64,000 nucleotides of DNA, from NCBI GenBank assembly GCA_009692115.1, contig SHZU01000001.1, positions 324,345-388,344 of the forward strand. Reading direction: 5' to 3'. How positions within the stretch are numbered: the first letter of the stretch is position 1; every line of letters starts with the position of its first letter. Of this stretch, positions 1-8,282 are shown one piece after another. Position numbers and translations under genes: made by a program. The notes under the pieces were generated by a model that saw nothing but the letters and a program-made list of their open reading frames with translations, was not told where the DNA came from and did no database searches. Origin of the DNA: Gemmatimonadota bacterium. GTDB taxonomy: Bacteria; Gemmatimonadota; Gemmatimonadetes; Gemmatimonadales; GWC2-71-9.

Positions 1-1091
1 AGATCAACCTCGTCATCATTGGCCCGGAGGGACCCCTGGCCCTCGGGCTGGCCGACCAACTCCGGCACCGGGGCCTCCTGGTCTTCGGACCGAGCGCAGC
101 GGCGGCTCAGATTGAGGCGTCGAAGGCCTGGGCCAAGGATGTCATGAACGCCGCCGGGGTGCCGACCGCGGCGAGCATGACGTTTGGCGACATGGCCGGC
201 GCGATCGCGTACATCGACCGCCACGCCGAGCCGTTGGTGGTCAAGGCCAGCGGGCTCGCCGCCGGCAAAGGAGCGGTGGTCTGCCTGACCCGCGCCGAGG
301 CCAAGACCGCCGCGCGGGAAATGCTCGAGGACCGGATCTTCGGCGACGCCGGGCAGGTCGTCGTCATCGAGTCGTTCCTCGAAGGCGAAGAGTTATCACT
401 GCTCGCCCTCACCAACGGTACGGACATTCGGATCCTGCCAACGGCCCAGGACCACAAACGCCTGCTGGCGGGCGACCGCGGACCGAATACCGGCGGAATG
501 GGTGCCTACAGCCCGGTCTCGCTCGAAACCCCGGAATTGCTCGAGCGAGTCCGGGCCCGGGTGTTGGAGCCGACCTTGGCCGAAATGGCCCGGCGGGGGG
601 CTCCGTTCAGCGGGGTGCTGTACGCCGGCCTGATGATCGACGCCGGTGGCCATCCATCCGTGGTCGAGTTCAACTGCCGGTTCGGCGACCCCGAAACCCA
701 GGTCATTCTCCCACGAGTTACTGACGGACTGTTCGAGGCTCTCCACGCCTGCGCCACGGGGGGCCCCCTGCCGCGCCTAACGGTCAGCTCCGATGCCGCC
801 GTCACGACCGTCCTGGCCGCCAAGGGGTACCCGGACCGCCCCGAGAAAGGGGCCCGAATCGAGATCCCCGCCGACCTGCCGCCCGGCGCCCTGGTGTTTC
901 ACGCCGGTACCGTCCTGGCGGGGGACGGAACTGTGCGGGTCAACGGGGGCCGGGTTCTCGCGGTGACCGGCGTGGCCCGGACCTTCGAGCAAGCCCAAGC
1001 CGTGAGCCGGGGCGCCGCGGAACGAATTCAGTTCGACGGCAAACAGTACCGACCCGACATCGGCTGGCGCGAGGCCGCGCGGCGATCGTAA
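1..1091 (+). CDS. purD: Phosphoribosylamine--glycine ligase (GAR synthetase), N-terminus cut by window edge
   Basis: Same frame as ORF 144..1091 is open from base 3 ([18 protein letters not shown]...) to TAA 1089-1091. ATP-grasp GARS motifs by eye: [37 protein letters not shown]. Confidence 0.95.
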   Translation, partial: INLVIIGPEGPLALGLADQLRHRGLLVFGPSAAAAQIEASKAWAKDVMNAAGVPTAASMTFGDMAGAIAYIDRHAEPLVVKASGLAAGKGAVVCLTRAEAKTAAREMLEDRIFGDAGQVVVIESFLEGEELSLLALTNGTDIRILPTAQDHKRLLAGDRGPNTGGMGAYSPVSLETPELLERVRARVLEPTLAEMARRGAPFSGVLYAGLMIDAGGHPSVVEFNCRFGDPETQVILPRVTDGLFEALHACATGGPLPRLTVSSDAAVTTVLAAKGYPDRPEKGARIEIPADLPPGALVFHAGTVLAGDGTVRVNGGRVLAVTGVARTFEQAQAVSRGAAERIQFDGKQYRPDIGWREAARRS

Positions 1092-1095
1092 GGCC

Positions 1096-1410
1096 ATGAG
1101 CAACGAAGTCTGGGTTGGATCAGTTGGGGTAACCGCACTCGAACATTGCCTGGTCTTGCCCCCTGGTGAGCGGGCTTGGGTGGATGTGCTGGTCGGCGGC
1201 CCCACCGAGTTGGATTTCGAATCCGAGGTCCGGGAGGCCGTCGTTCAGTACCAACTCCAGGTCGATCGGTTCGGCCCGATCGAGCGAGTGCGCGACCGGC
1301 GGATCCCACTCGAACGCACGGCCCAGCGGCTCGAGAAGGAACTCACCAAACGGCGGGGGGTCCGACTGATGACGTTCCGCCCGATCCCGGCCGCCGCCGA
1401 GCGGCGATGA
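1096..1410 (+). CDS. Hypothetical protein, 104 aa
   Basis: ATG 4 nt after the purD stop. Its TGA overlaps the ATG of the next gene (ATGA 1407-1410). No family recognised. Confidence 0.45.
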   Translation: MSNEVWVGSVGVTALEHCLVLPPGERAWVDVLVGGPTELDFESEVREAVVQYQLQVDRFGPIERVRDRRIPLERTAQRLEKELTKRRGVRLMTFRPIPAAAERR

Positions 1411-2006
1411 ACATCGGCTCCGACTTCGCCCTCTATCTCCGCCTCGGCCTCCGTCACATTCTCAACCTCGGCGCCGTCGATCACCTGCTGTACTTGACCA
1501 TCATGGCGATCCCGTTCGTCTGACGAGAGTGGCGATCGGTGGTGGTGCTGGTAACCGGTTTCACACTGGGCCACTCGTTGACCCTGGCCCTCGCCGCACT
1601 CGATGTGGTTCGGGTCGATTCCCAAGTGGTCGAAGTACTGATCCCGGTCACCATTCTGGTCACGGCACTGCTGGTCATGAGCCGAAACCGGCGCCAGGGC
1701 ACCGAACCCCGGCCGGCCCGCCTCGGAGCGAGCACGTATTTGCTCCCGCTCGGCTTTGGTCTGATCCACGGACTCGGATTCGCGACCTACCTCCGGAGCC
1801 TGCTCGGCAGCGGGGAGTCGATCCTCCCACCTCTCCTTTGGTTCAACCTGGGCCTCGAAGCCGCCCAACTCCTGGTCGTCGCAACGGTACTGACGCTCAC
1901 ATCTGTCGTGGTCGACCGATTGCTCGACCGCCGCACCTGGCAACTCGCCATCGGGACCCTGACCATCGCTTGGTCGGCGGCGATGATCGCGGAGCGTCTT
2001 TCATGA
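1407..2006 (+). pseudogene. HupE/UreJ-family membrane (Ni/Co-type metal transporter) gene interrupted by in-frame TGA at 1521-1523
   Basis: 1407-1520 encodes MNIGSDF...GAVDHLLYLTIMAIPFV, then TGA. The same frame continues REWRSVVVLVTGFTLGHSLTLALAAL... to 2006. The family motifs DHLL(F/Y) and T(A/G)FT.GHS lie on either side of the stop at family-typical spacing. Confidence 0.7.
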
Positions 2007-2013
2007 GGGTACC

Positions 2014-2565
2014 GTGACTTCCACCGGGGCCGCCCTCGCCTTGATGTTCTTCGCCCCGTCCCCGGCGCGGCATGACCTCCACGTGAGTTATGGCCGAGTC
2101 ACGATCGAAAGGACCACGGTCACCATCCGGCTCCGGATGTTCACCGACGATCTGTCACGGGCCCTCGCCCGGCATCATGAGCGTGATACGGTCGATGTCG
2201 AGGCCAGGCCCGTCGCCGATTCACTCGCCATGGCCTACCTCGGCCGGAAACTCCTGGTGTCGGCCGACGGCCGTCCGCTAGCCGGCCGGATTGCCGCCGC
2301 CGGCCAAGAAGACAAGATGTGGTGGTATCTGGTGGAGTATCCGATGGCCGCCACCGCCGCCACGCTCAGTATTGCCAATCGGATCTTCTTCGAGCTGTTC
2401 GATGACCAGCAGAACCTGCTCAAGGTGCTTCCGTCCCGGTACGGCGACGAAACCTCCCTGTACTTCGTGCCCGGCGAGCCCGGACCAGCCACGCTCCGCC
2501 TCACGCCGCCGGAACCGGACGCCGCCAACCCATTAGATTTGGGCTTCGCCATGCCCAATGCCTGA
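2014..2565 (+). CDS. DUF6702-like secreted protein (commonly next to HupE-type genes)
   Basis: GTG 7 nt after the HupE stop, with a hydrophobic N-terminus. HDLHVSYGRVTIERTTVTIRLRMFTDDL resembles the DUF6702 N-terminal signature as I remember it; not searched. Confidence 0.5.
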   Translation: MTSTGAALALMFFAPSPARHDLHVSYGRVTIERTTVTIRLRMFTDDLSRALARHHERDTVDVEARPVADSLAMAYLGRKLLVSADGRPLAGRIAAAGQEDKMWWYLVEYPMAATAATLSIANRIFFELFDDQQNLLKVLPSRYGDETSLYFVPGEPGPATLRLTPPEPDAANPLDLGFAMPNA

Positions 2566-3379
2566 GCTACCTGAAGTCGAAACCATGGTCCGGGACATGA
2601 CACCGGTCCTCGCCGGGCGTGTCTTCCAGAGCGCCGCCCTGACCCACACCGATATCCTGTCGGGGGTGACCAGCCGGGCGTTGATCGCCGGACTGACCGG
2701 AGCCCGCGTCCTCCGGCTCGAGCGGCGGGCGAAAAACGCGGTCATCGTCACCGACCGGCGGCGGCTGATCATCCAACCCGGGATGACCGGTTCGATGTTC
2801 GTCAAACGCCGCCTCGCTCCGGCAGACGTGCGCTATGGGGTCCTCAAGGTGATCCTCGACGACGGCCGGACCTTCATCTACCACGACGTCCGGCGCCTGG
2901 GCACCATCCGATGGGTGACCCAAGACGGCTGGGACCGGTTCTCGGCCGCCATCGGGCCGGAACCCCTCGACCCGGGCTTTACCCCCGCCGTGCTCGGCCT
3001 TGCCCTCGGCCGGTCGAAGGCGGCCGTCAAGAAGGTCCTCATGGACCAAAAACACCTGGCCGGGGTCGGGAACATCTACGCCAACGAAGCGCTTTTTTCG
3101 GCCGGGATCGATCCGTCGCGGCCGGCCAACACCGTCATGCCACGAGAATACCACCTGCTCCATCACCACATTGTCCGGATCTTGGGCAACGCCATCAACG
3201 CCAGCGGCACCACGATTCGGGACTATCGCACCGGCACGGGTGAACCGGGTAGTTTCCAGGGAAAGCTTGACGTCTACGATCGGGAGGGCGAACCGTGCAA
3301 ACGCTGCGGCACCATCTTGGCCGGGACCCACTCGATCGACGCGAGGATTACCGTCTTCTGTTATCGGTGCCAGCGCTGA
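2558..3379 (+). CDS. mutM: Formamidopyrimidine-DNA glycosylase (Fpg)
   Basis: N-terminal MPELPEVE catalytic signature, H2TH region, and C-terminal zinc finger CKRCG...CYRCQ. Confidence 0.95.
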   Translation: MPELPEVETMVRDMTPVLAGRVFQSAALTHTDILSGVTSRALIAGLTGARVLRLERRAKNAVIVTDRRRLIIQPGMTGSMFVKRRLAPADVRYGVLKVILDDGRTFIYHDVRRLGTIRWVTQDGWDRFSAAIGPEPLDPGFTPAVLGLALGRSKAAVKKVLMDQKHLAGVGNIYANEALFSAGIDPSRPANTVMPREYHLLHHHIVRILGNAINASGTTIRDYRTGTGEPGSFQGKLDVYDREGEPCKRCGTILAGTHSIDARITVFCYRCQR

Positions 3380-3383
3380 GCGC

Positions 3384-4484
3384 GTGACGACCACCCTGCT
3401 CCCTCCGACCACCGACCTCGAGACCCTCCGGGCCCGAGTCAAGGCGTTGGCCGAACACCGGCCCGGCGTCTACAAGATGGTCGACGCGATGGGTCACGTC
3501 CTGTACGTCGGAAAGGCCAAGCGAGTCAAAGCCCGGCTCCTCTCCTACTTCAATGCGAAGTTCCCCAAGGATAAGGCGGCCCGGATTCTCCAGGCCGCTT
3601 GGAACATTACCTGGGACTACGCCCCGAGCGAGTTCGCCGCCCACCTTGCCGAATTGGCCGAAATCCGAAAGCACCGGCCGGCCTACAACCACCAGATGAA
3701 CCGGCGGCGGAACCCGGCCTTTGTGACCGTATCGTTAGGCACGGCGCCCCGGCTTGCCGTCACCACGTCGACCGGCCGCCAAGACGTCCAGTACTTCGGA
3801 CCGTTCGCCTCGCCGGCCCGAACCGCCGGCGGCGTCCGGGTCCTGAACGACCTGCTCGGCCTTCGCGATTGTGCCGAGAAGATGCCGGTGGTGTTCCCGG
3901 GCCAGGGCGACCTATTCGCCGAACCGACTCAGGCGGCCTGCCCGCGGTTCGACTTCGGCACCTGCGCCGGCCCGTGCGCCGGGTTAGTCGAGGAAATCCG
4001 CTATCGGGAAAAGGTCGACGCCGCCGTTTGGTTCCTGGCCGGAGCAGCCATCGAGCCGATCGACCGCGCCGTTGACCAAATGACCGCCGCGTCCGAGCGC
4101 GACGACTTCGAGGCGGCGTCCCGCTGGCGCGACAAGTTCGAACAGCTGGAGTGGCTGATCAGTGCCGCCGCCCGGGCCAGGGCCGCGATCCAGGTCCTGA
4201 CCTTCGTGTACCGGGAGCCCGGCGCCTTCGGCGACGACCGGGTCTACCTGATTCGCCACGGACTGGTTCGGGCCTCGTATCCCTACCCCCACACGCCGAT
4301 TGAACGGGAGGCGTTCCGGGCCGTCGTCGAAGCCGAGCTCGCCACCACCGTACCCGCGGCCGGCCTGCTTGACCACGCCACGCTCGACGAGATGTTGCTG
4401 GTCATGAGTTGGTTTCGCCGCCACCCAGAGGCCTGGCGGCGGACGGTTGCGATCGGCGAGTGGCTCGAAGGTCAGTCGGCCTAG
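3384..4484 (+). CDS. UvrC N-terminal-half homologue (GIY-YIG nuclease + Cys cluster + UVR motif), Cho-like; lacks the UvrC C-terminal nuclease/HhH half
   Basis: GTG 3384 lies just after the mutM stop. GIY-YIG: PGVYKMVDAMGHVLYVGKAKRVKARL...RPAYN. Cys cluster: CPRFDFGTCAGPC. UVR-like: FEAASRWRDKFEQLEWL. The ORF part 3000-3383 overlaps mutM and is not used. Confidence 0.75.
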   Translation: MTTTLLPPTTDLETLRARVKALAEHRPGVYKMVDAMGHVLYVGKAKRVKARLLSYFNAKFPKDKAARILQAAWNITWDYAPSEFAAHLAELAEIRKHRPAYNHQMNRRRNPAFVTVSLGTAPRLAVTTSTGRQDVQYFGPFASPARTAGGVRVLNDLLGLRDCAEKMPVVFPGQGDLFAEPTQAACPRFDFGTCAGPCAGLVEEIRYREKVDAAVWFLAGAAIEPIDRAVDQMTAASERDDFEAASRWRDKFEQLEWLISAAARARAAIQVLTFVYREPGAFGDDRVYLIRHGLVRASYPYPHTPIEREAFRAVVEAELATTVPAAGLLDHATLDEMLLVMSWFRRHPEAWRRTVAIGEWLEGQSA

Positions 4485-4487
4485 AGC

Positions 4488-4522
4488 TTGCCAAATGGCA
4501 TAGAACTATATACATTTTGGCC
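4488..4522 (+). promoter_or_regulatory. Candidate sigma70-type promoter with imperfect inverted repeat (possible antitoxin operator) upstream of the TA pair
   Basis: TTGCCA (4488-4493), 17 nt spacer, TACATT (4511-4516), in the only AT-rich patch here. GCCAAATG (4490-4497) and CATTTTGGC (4513-4521) form an imperfect inverted repeat over the -10 region. ATG at 4523. Confidence 0.3.
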
Positions 4523-4990
4523 ATGATCCGAAAAACCCTCCAAGTGGCCGAGACCGCCCTCAGCCGATACCCGTCGGCCGATGAGGGCTTTGCCGACCTG
4601 CTTGGGTTATCCGCCCAATCCACCATCAAGCTGGTCGCCGCAATCGACGAGGGATTTTCCTACAGCGTCTTCGATCATTTCCAGCGCGAAACCGGCTTCC
4701 CGGCCACCACCCTGGCCGAGTTGATCCAGGTCCCGGTCCGGACGCTTCACCGGCGCCGGGCCGAGCGACGGTTTTCGCCGGAAGAATCGGATCGATTGCT
4801 GCGGGCGGCCCGCGTCACCTTCTTGGCTCGGCGTCTGTTCGAGGGCAACATGGCGGAGGCCCGGCAGTGGCTCGCCGATCCGCAGCCGGCCCTGAAAGGA
4901 GCCACACCACTGGCGTTCGCCCGCACCGACATTGGCGCGCGGGAAGTCGAAGCCTTGATTGGCCGGTTGGAGCATGGGGTGCCCAGCTGA
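4523..4990 (+). CDS. Xre-like/DUF2384 antitoxin (ParS/MbcA family)
   Basis: C-terminal part ...RRLFEGNMAEARQWLADPQPALKGATPLAFARTDIGAREVEALIGRLEHGV is typical of DUF2384 antitoxins. It sits immediately upstream of a RES-domain gene. Confidence 0.85.
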   Translation: MIRKTLQVAETALSRYPSADEGFADLLGLSAQSTIKLVAAIDEGFSYSVFDHFQRETGFPATTLAELIQVPVRTLHRRRAERRFSPEESDRLLRAARVTFLARRLFEGNMAEARQWLADPQPALKGATPLAFARTDIGAREVEALIGRLEHGVPS

Positions 4991-4995
4991 AGATC

Positions 4996-5454
4996 GTGGT
5001 CTGCCGGTTGGTCAAGACCCGGTTCGCGTCCAATCCGTTTGATGGCGAAGGTGCCCGCCTGTTTGGGGGCCGGTGGAACCACCCGGGCGTTCGATGCAGC
5101 TATGCCTCGGACACCGCGGCGCTCGCCATCCTCGAAGTTTTGGTGCACCTCAAGACGCCCGGGCTGCTCGATCACTATTCGATCTGCCGGGCGAGCTTCG
5201 ACGACAGCTTGGTCGCTCGGCTCCCGGCCGGCGATCTGCCCGAGGACTGGCGCTCATTTCCCGCTCCGGCCAGCACCCGCTCCCTCGGCGGTCGTTGGAT
5301 CGCCGAAGGCGCAGGGGCGGTGCTGCGGGTGCCCAGCACGATCGTGCCGTCCGAGTTCAATTTTGTCTTGAATCCCGGTCACCTGAGTTTTTCGAAGATC
5401 CAAGTCCTGCCCGCCGAGCCGTTTGGCGTCGATCGGCGCCTGGGACGCGCCTAG
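4996..5454 (+). CDS. RES-domain toxin (ParT/MbcT family, NAD+-targeting)
   Basis: GEGARLFGGRWNHPGVRCSYASDTAALAILEVLVH ... LRVPSTIVPSEFNFVLNP carries the R/E/S signature. The GTG 4996 start is inferred (CTG 4987 is an alternative), 5 nt after the antitoxin stop. Confidence 0.85.
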   Translation: MVCRLVKTRFASNPFDGEGARLFGGRWNHPGVRCSYASDTAALAILEVLVHLKTPGLLDHYSICRASFDDSLVARLPAGDLPEDWRSFPAPASTRSLGGRWIAEGAGAVLRVPSTIVPSEFNFVLNPGHLSFSKIQVLPAEPFGVDRRLGRA

Positions 5455-5942
5455 TCCTCGTCGAGACCGGTGAGGGGCACTAACCGGGCTCGCGGCGGAA
5501 TGCCCGGCTCGAGTTCCATGATCCCGACCGACGCCGGCAGGTCGAACCGCCGGGCCCCCGCCCCACCCGGGTTCAGCACCGTCACCACCTCGTCGACGAT
5601 CGTCAGCAGCGGCCGGTGGGTATGGCCGTAAATGATGACCTCAGCGTCCGGATACCGGAGATTGACCGCTTCGGGCGTTAGCCGGTCGAATTGGTGGCCA
5701 TGCAGGATCAGGAACCGGAACCCCTCGATGTCGGTCTCGATGACTTCGGGCACGAGGCGACGGATGTCGAACCCGTCGGTGTTGCCATAGACCGCCCGGA
5801 CCGGGGCGATCGCTTCGAGTTCGGTCAGCAACTCGGGCGATCCGATGTCGCCGGCGTGGAGGATCTGGTCCACTTCCCGAAACGCCTCGAACACTTCGGG
5901 GCGGAGCAGCCCGTGGGTATCGGCGATGATGCCTAGCCGCAT
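5451..5942 (-). CDS. YfcE/MJ0936-family metallophosphoesterase
   Basis: MRLGIIADTHG...HAGDIGS...GNTD...LHGHQ...YGHTH motif series. Confidence 0.85.
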   Translation of the reverse strand: MRLGIIADTHGLLRPEVFEAFREVDQILHAGDIGSPELLTELEAIAPVRAVYGNTDGFDIRRLVPEVIETDIEGFRFLILHGHQFDRLTPEAVNLRYPDAEVIIYGHTHRPLLTIVDEVVTVLNPGGAGARRFDLPASVGIMELEPGIPPRARLVPLTGLDED

Positions 5943-5957
5943 GACAGGGTCAGTCGC

Positions 5958-6548
5958 TCAGCGGGCGCCCCATCGGGGGGCGACTTCGATGTCGAGGTCG
6001 AACTGATCGAGGATCCGCTGGGCGATGAAGTCAACGAGATCACTGATCTGTTTGGGCCGATGATAGAAGCCCGGGGCACCGGGCAGCACGGTCACCCCCG
6101 CTTCCGCGGCGGCGGTCAGGTTCCGTAAGTGGACCAACGATAACGGGGTCTCTCGGGGCACCACGACCAGTTTCCGACCCTCTTTCAGGGTGACGTCGGC
6201 GGCCCGCTCCACCAGCGACCGGCTGGTTCCGTGGGCGATGGCCGAGACCGTGCCCATCGAACAGGGGCAGATCAGCATCCCGCGGGTCTTTTGGGATCCC
6301 GACGCCGGCTTCGCCCCCCGGTCGGCATCATCAAAGACCTCGATCGACGGCCATTTTCCGCCGGTGGCTTTCTTGAGGCCCGCCAGATTGGCAATCCCGC
6401 ATTCCTCCTTGAGGAGCCGCCAACCATGGCCGGAGACGATCAGCCACACGGGTACCTCATGCCGAGCCAGGAGGTCGAGCACTCGGACGGCATACGGTGC
6501 CCCCGAGGCTCCGGTAAGGGCAAAGACCAGCGGACGCGGTGTCGGCAT
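5958..6548 (-). CDS. ubiX: Flavin prenyltransferase UbiX (prenyl-FMN synthase)
   Basis: FALTGASGAPYAVRVLDLL..., ...MLICPCSMGTVSAIAHG..., VVVPRETPLSLVHLRN: UbiX/Pad1 signature. Confidence 0.9.
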   Translation of the reverse strand: MPTPRPLVFALTGASGAPYAVRVLDLLARHEVPVWLIVSGHGWRLLKEECGIANLAGLKKATGGKWPSIEVFDDADRGAKPASGSQKTRGMLICPCSMGTVSAIAHGTSRSLVERAADVTLKEGRKLVVVPRETPLSLVHLRNLTAAAEAGVTVLPGAPGFYHRPKQISDLVDFIAQRILDQFDLDIEVAPRWGAR

Positions 6549-6607
6549 GGCGGAAATCTAACCGGGAAGCCGTGACGAATCAGGGCCGGCGAGGATACTC
6601 TACCCCG

Positions 6608-7810
6608 ATGCCATTCACACTCAAGCTCGACATGATTCAGACCCTGGCCCTGGCGGCGGTGGTCCTGTTCCTTGGCTATGGCGTCCGCAAGCGGATCGGC
6701 GTCCTCGACCGGTTCAACATCCCGGCGCCGGTCATCGGCGGCTTTCTGTTTGCCGCCTTGTCCCTGATCCTCCGGCAGGCCGGGGTGCTGGGGTTTGAGT
6801 TCGATACGACCCTCCAAGCGCCGCTCATGATCGCGTTCTTCACCACCATCGGGCTCGGCGCGAGCCTCAAGCTCCTCCGGGTCGGTGGACCGCAGGTGGT
6901 CATCTTCTGGGTCGTGGCCAGTGTGGTCGCGGCGTGCCAGAATTTACTCGGCGTCGGGTTGGCTACGGCCATGGACGTCCATCCGTTCCTGGGCCTGATC
7001 TCGGGGTCCATCACGATGACCGGAGGTCATGGCACCGGAGCAGCGTTCGGGACATTGATGGAGGACCAGTACGGATTCAGCGGCGGGGTGACGCTGGCGA
7101 TGGCGGCCGCCACCTTCGGGCTGGTGAGCGGCGGCTTGTTGGGCGGGCCGGTCGCGACGCTCTTGGTCCGGCGAAAGGGCCTCGCCCCCGCCGTACCCAC
7201 CAACGCGCTCGACGACGAGATCGACACCGAGCCGGAGGGCGAAGCGGCAACCGCGTACACCCTGCTCAAGACGATGGCCATCATTCTGGTGGCGATGGCC
7301 CTGGGCTCGGTGCTGAGCGGGTGGCTCAAGCAATACCTCACGTTGCCCGGCTACATCGGGACCATGATCGTCGCGGCCGTGTTTCGGAACAGCCTCGACG
7401 CGAGCGGCGTCATTCGGCTGAACCAGCGAGTGGTTGACGATCTCGGCACCGTAGCGCTCTCGTTGTTCCTCGCGATGGCGTTGATGTCGCTCAAGCTCTG
7501 GGAGCTCCTCGACCTGGCGCTCCCGATGTGGGTCATCCTGACCGCTCAGGTCACGTTCCTTGGGCTCTTTACCTACGGGGTCACGTTCCGGCTGATGGGC
7601 CGGGACTACGCCGCCGCCGTGATGACGGCCGGGCACTGCGGCTTCGGACTCGGCGCCACCCCCAACGCGGTCGCCAACATGCGAAGCGTGGTCGAACGGT
7701 TTGGGCCGGCACCGCAGGCCTTCCTCGTGGTACCGATGGTCGGGGCGTTCTTCATCGACTTCAGCAATGCGTTGATCATTACCGGGTTCATCAACTGGGT
7801 GAGGCCGTGA
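6608..7810 (+). CDS. gltS: Sodium/glutamate symporter GltS
   Basis: MPFTLKLDMIQTLALAAVVLFLGYGVRKRIGVLDRFNIPAPVIGGFLFA is a typical GltS N-terminus. Polytopic throughout. ATG 6608 chosen inside ORF 6539..7810. Confidence 0.9.
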   Translation: MPFTLKLDMIQTLALAAVVLFLGYGVRKRIGVLDRFNIPAPVIGGFLFAALSLILRQAGVLGFEFDTTLQAPLMIAFFTTIGLGASLKLLRVGGPQVVIFWVVASVVAACQNLLGVGLATAMDVHPFLGLISGSITMTGGHGTGAAFGTLMEDQYGFSGGVTLAMAAATFGLVSGGLLGGPVATLLVRRKGLAPAVPTNALDDEIDTEPEGEAATAYTLLKTMAIILVAMALGSVLSGWLKQYLTLPGYIGTMIVAAVFRNSLDASGVIRLNQRVVDDLGTVALSLFLAMALMSLKLWELLDLALPMWVILTAQVTFLGLFTYGVTFRLMGRDYAAAVMTAGHCGFGLGATPNAVANMRSVVERFGPAPQAFLVVPMVGAFFIDFSNALIITGFINWVRP

Positions 7811-8282
7811 GAAACTTCGGCACGCCGATCGCGAGCCCCTTGCCCTCGAGGACCATCAGCGTCGACGTCCCATGGGCCACGAGGTGTCCGGCCTCCGTCA
7901 TGACCGTCGCTTCCGTATAGCCGAGGGTCCGGCCGGATTTGATCGCCCGGCCGGTCGCGAGGAGCCGGCCCGAGGTGGCCGGCGAGAGGTAGTTGAGCTT
8001 CAAATCAACGTTCACGAGCCCGGCCGTTTCCGGGATCGATCCAAACCCCGCCCAGAAGGTCGCGGTATCAACCAGCGTAGCGATCACGCCACCATGGACG
8101 ATGCCAAACGGCTGCAGATGGCAATCGGCAATGTCGAGCTCGACCCCGGCATCGCGAAGCCCAACCGACGTCACCCGCATCGGCAGGTGACTGGGAAACG
8201 GACTCGCGTTGGTGCGGCGGAGGAGTTCCGCGACGTAGGCGGGGTTGAGCACCAACCCCGCCTCGGTCCAGCGCTCGGTCAC
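7791..8282 (-). CDS. PaaI-type hotdog-fold thioesterase
   Basis: QPFGIVHGGVIATLVDTATFWA ... NYLSPA ... GRTLGYTEATV. The GTG 8282 start overlaps the upstream stop (GTGA 8279-8282). Confidence 0.8.
   Translation of the reverse strand: MTERWTEAGLVLNPAYVAELLRRTNASPFPSHLPMRVTSVGLRDAGVELDIADCHLQPFGIVHGGVIATLVDTATFWAGFGSIPETAGLVNVDLKLNYLSPATSGRLLATGRAIKSGRTLGYTEATVMTEAGHLVAHGTSTLMVLEGKGLAIGVPKFLTASPS

Noticed and set aside
1521-1523. Selenocysteine recoding of the in-frame TGAs (1521-1523 and 45729-45731), suggested by the SelA-like gene in the window.
   Set aside because: The SelA-like protein carries a Tat export signal, so it is not a tRNA(Sec) enzyme. The TGAs lie in a loop or signal-peptide position, not a redox site. 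I see no convincing SECIS-like stem-loop at the right distance; the GTGCCG/CGGCAC hairpin after 45731 is short and too close. TAG and TAA interruptions also occur in other genes.
3000-3383. 5' extension of the UvrC-like ORF overlapping mutM.
   Set aside because: It overlaps the well-supported mutM frame and has junk-like composition. The GIY-YIG homology begins just after GTG 3384.
4409-5454. The toxin-antitoxin pair as part of a mobile genomic island.
   Set aside because: There is no integrase, transposase or tRNA gene, and no flanking direct repeats. Both neighbours are ordinary chromosomal genes with normal spacing.
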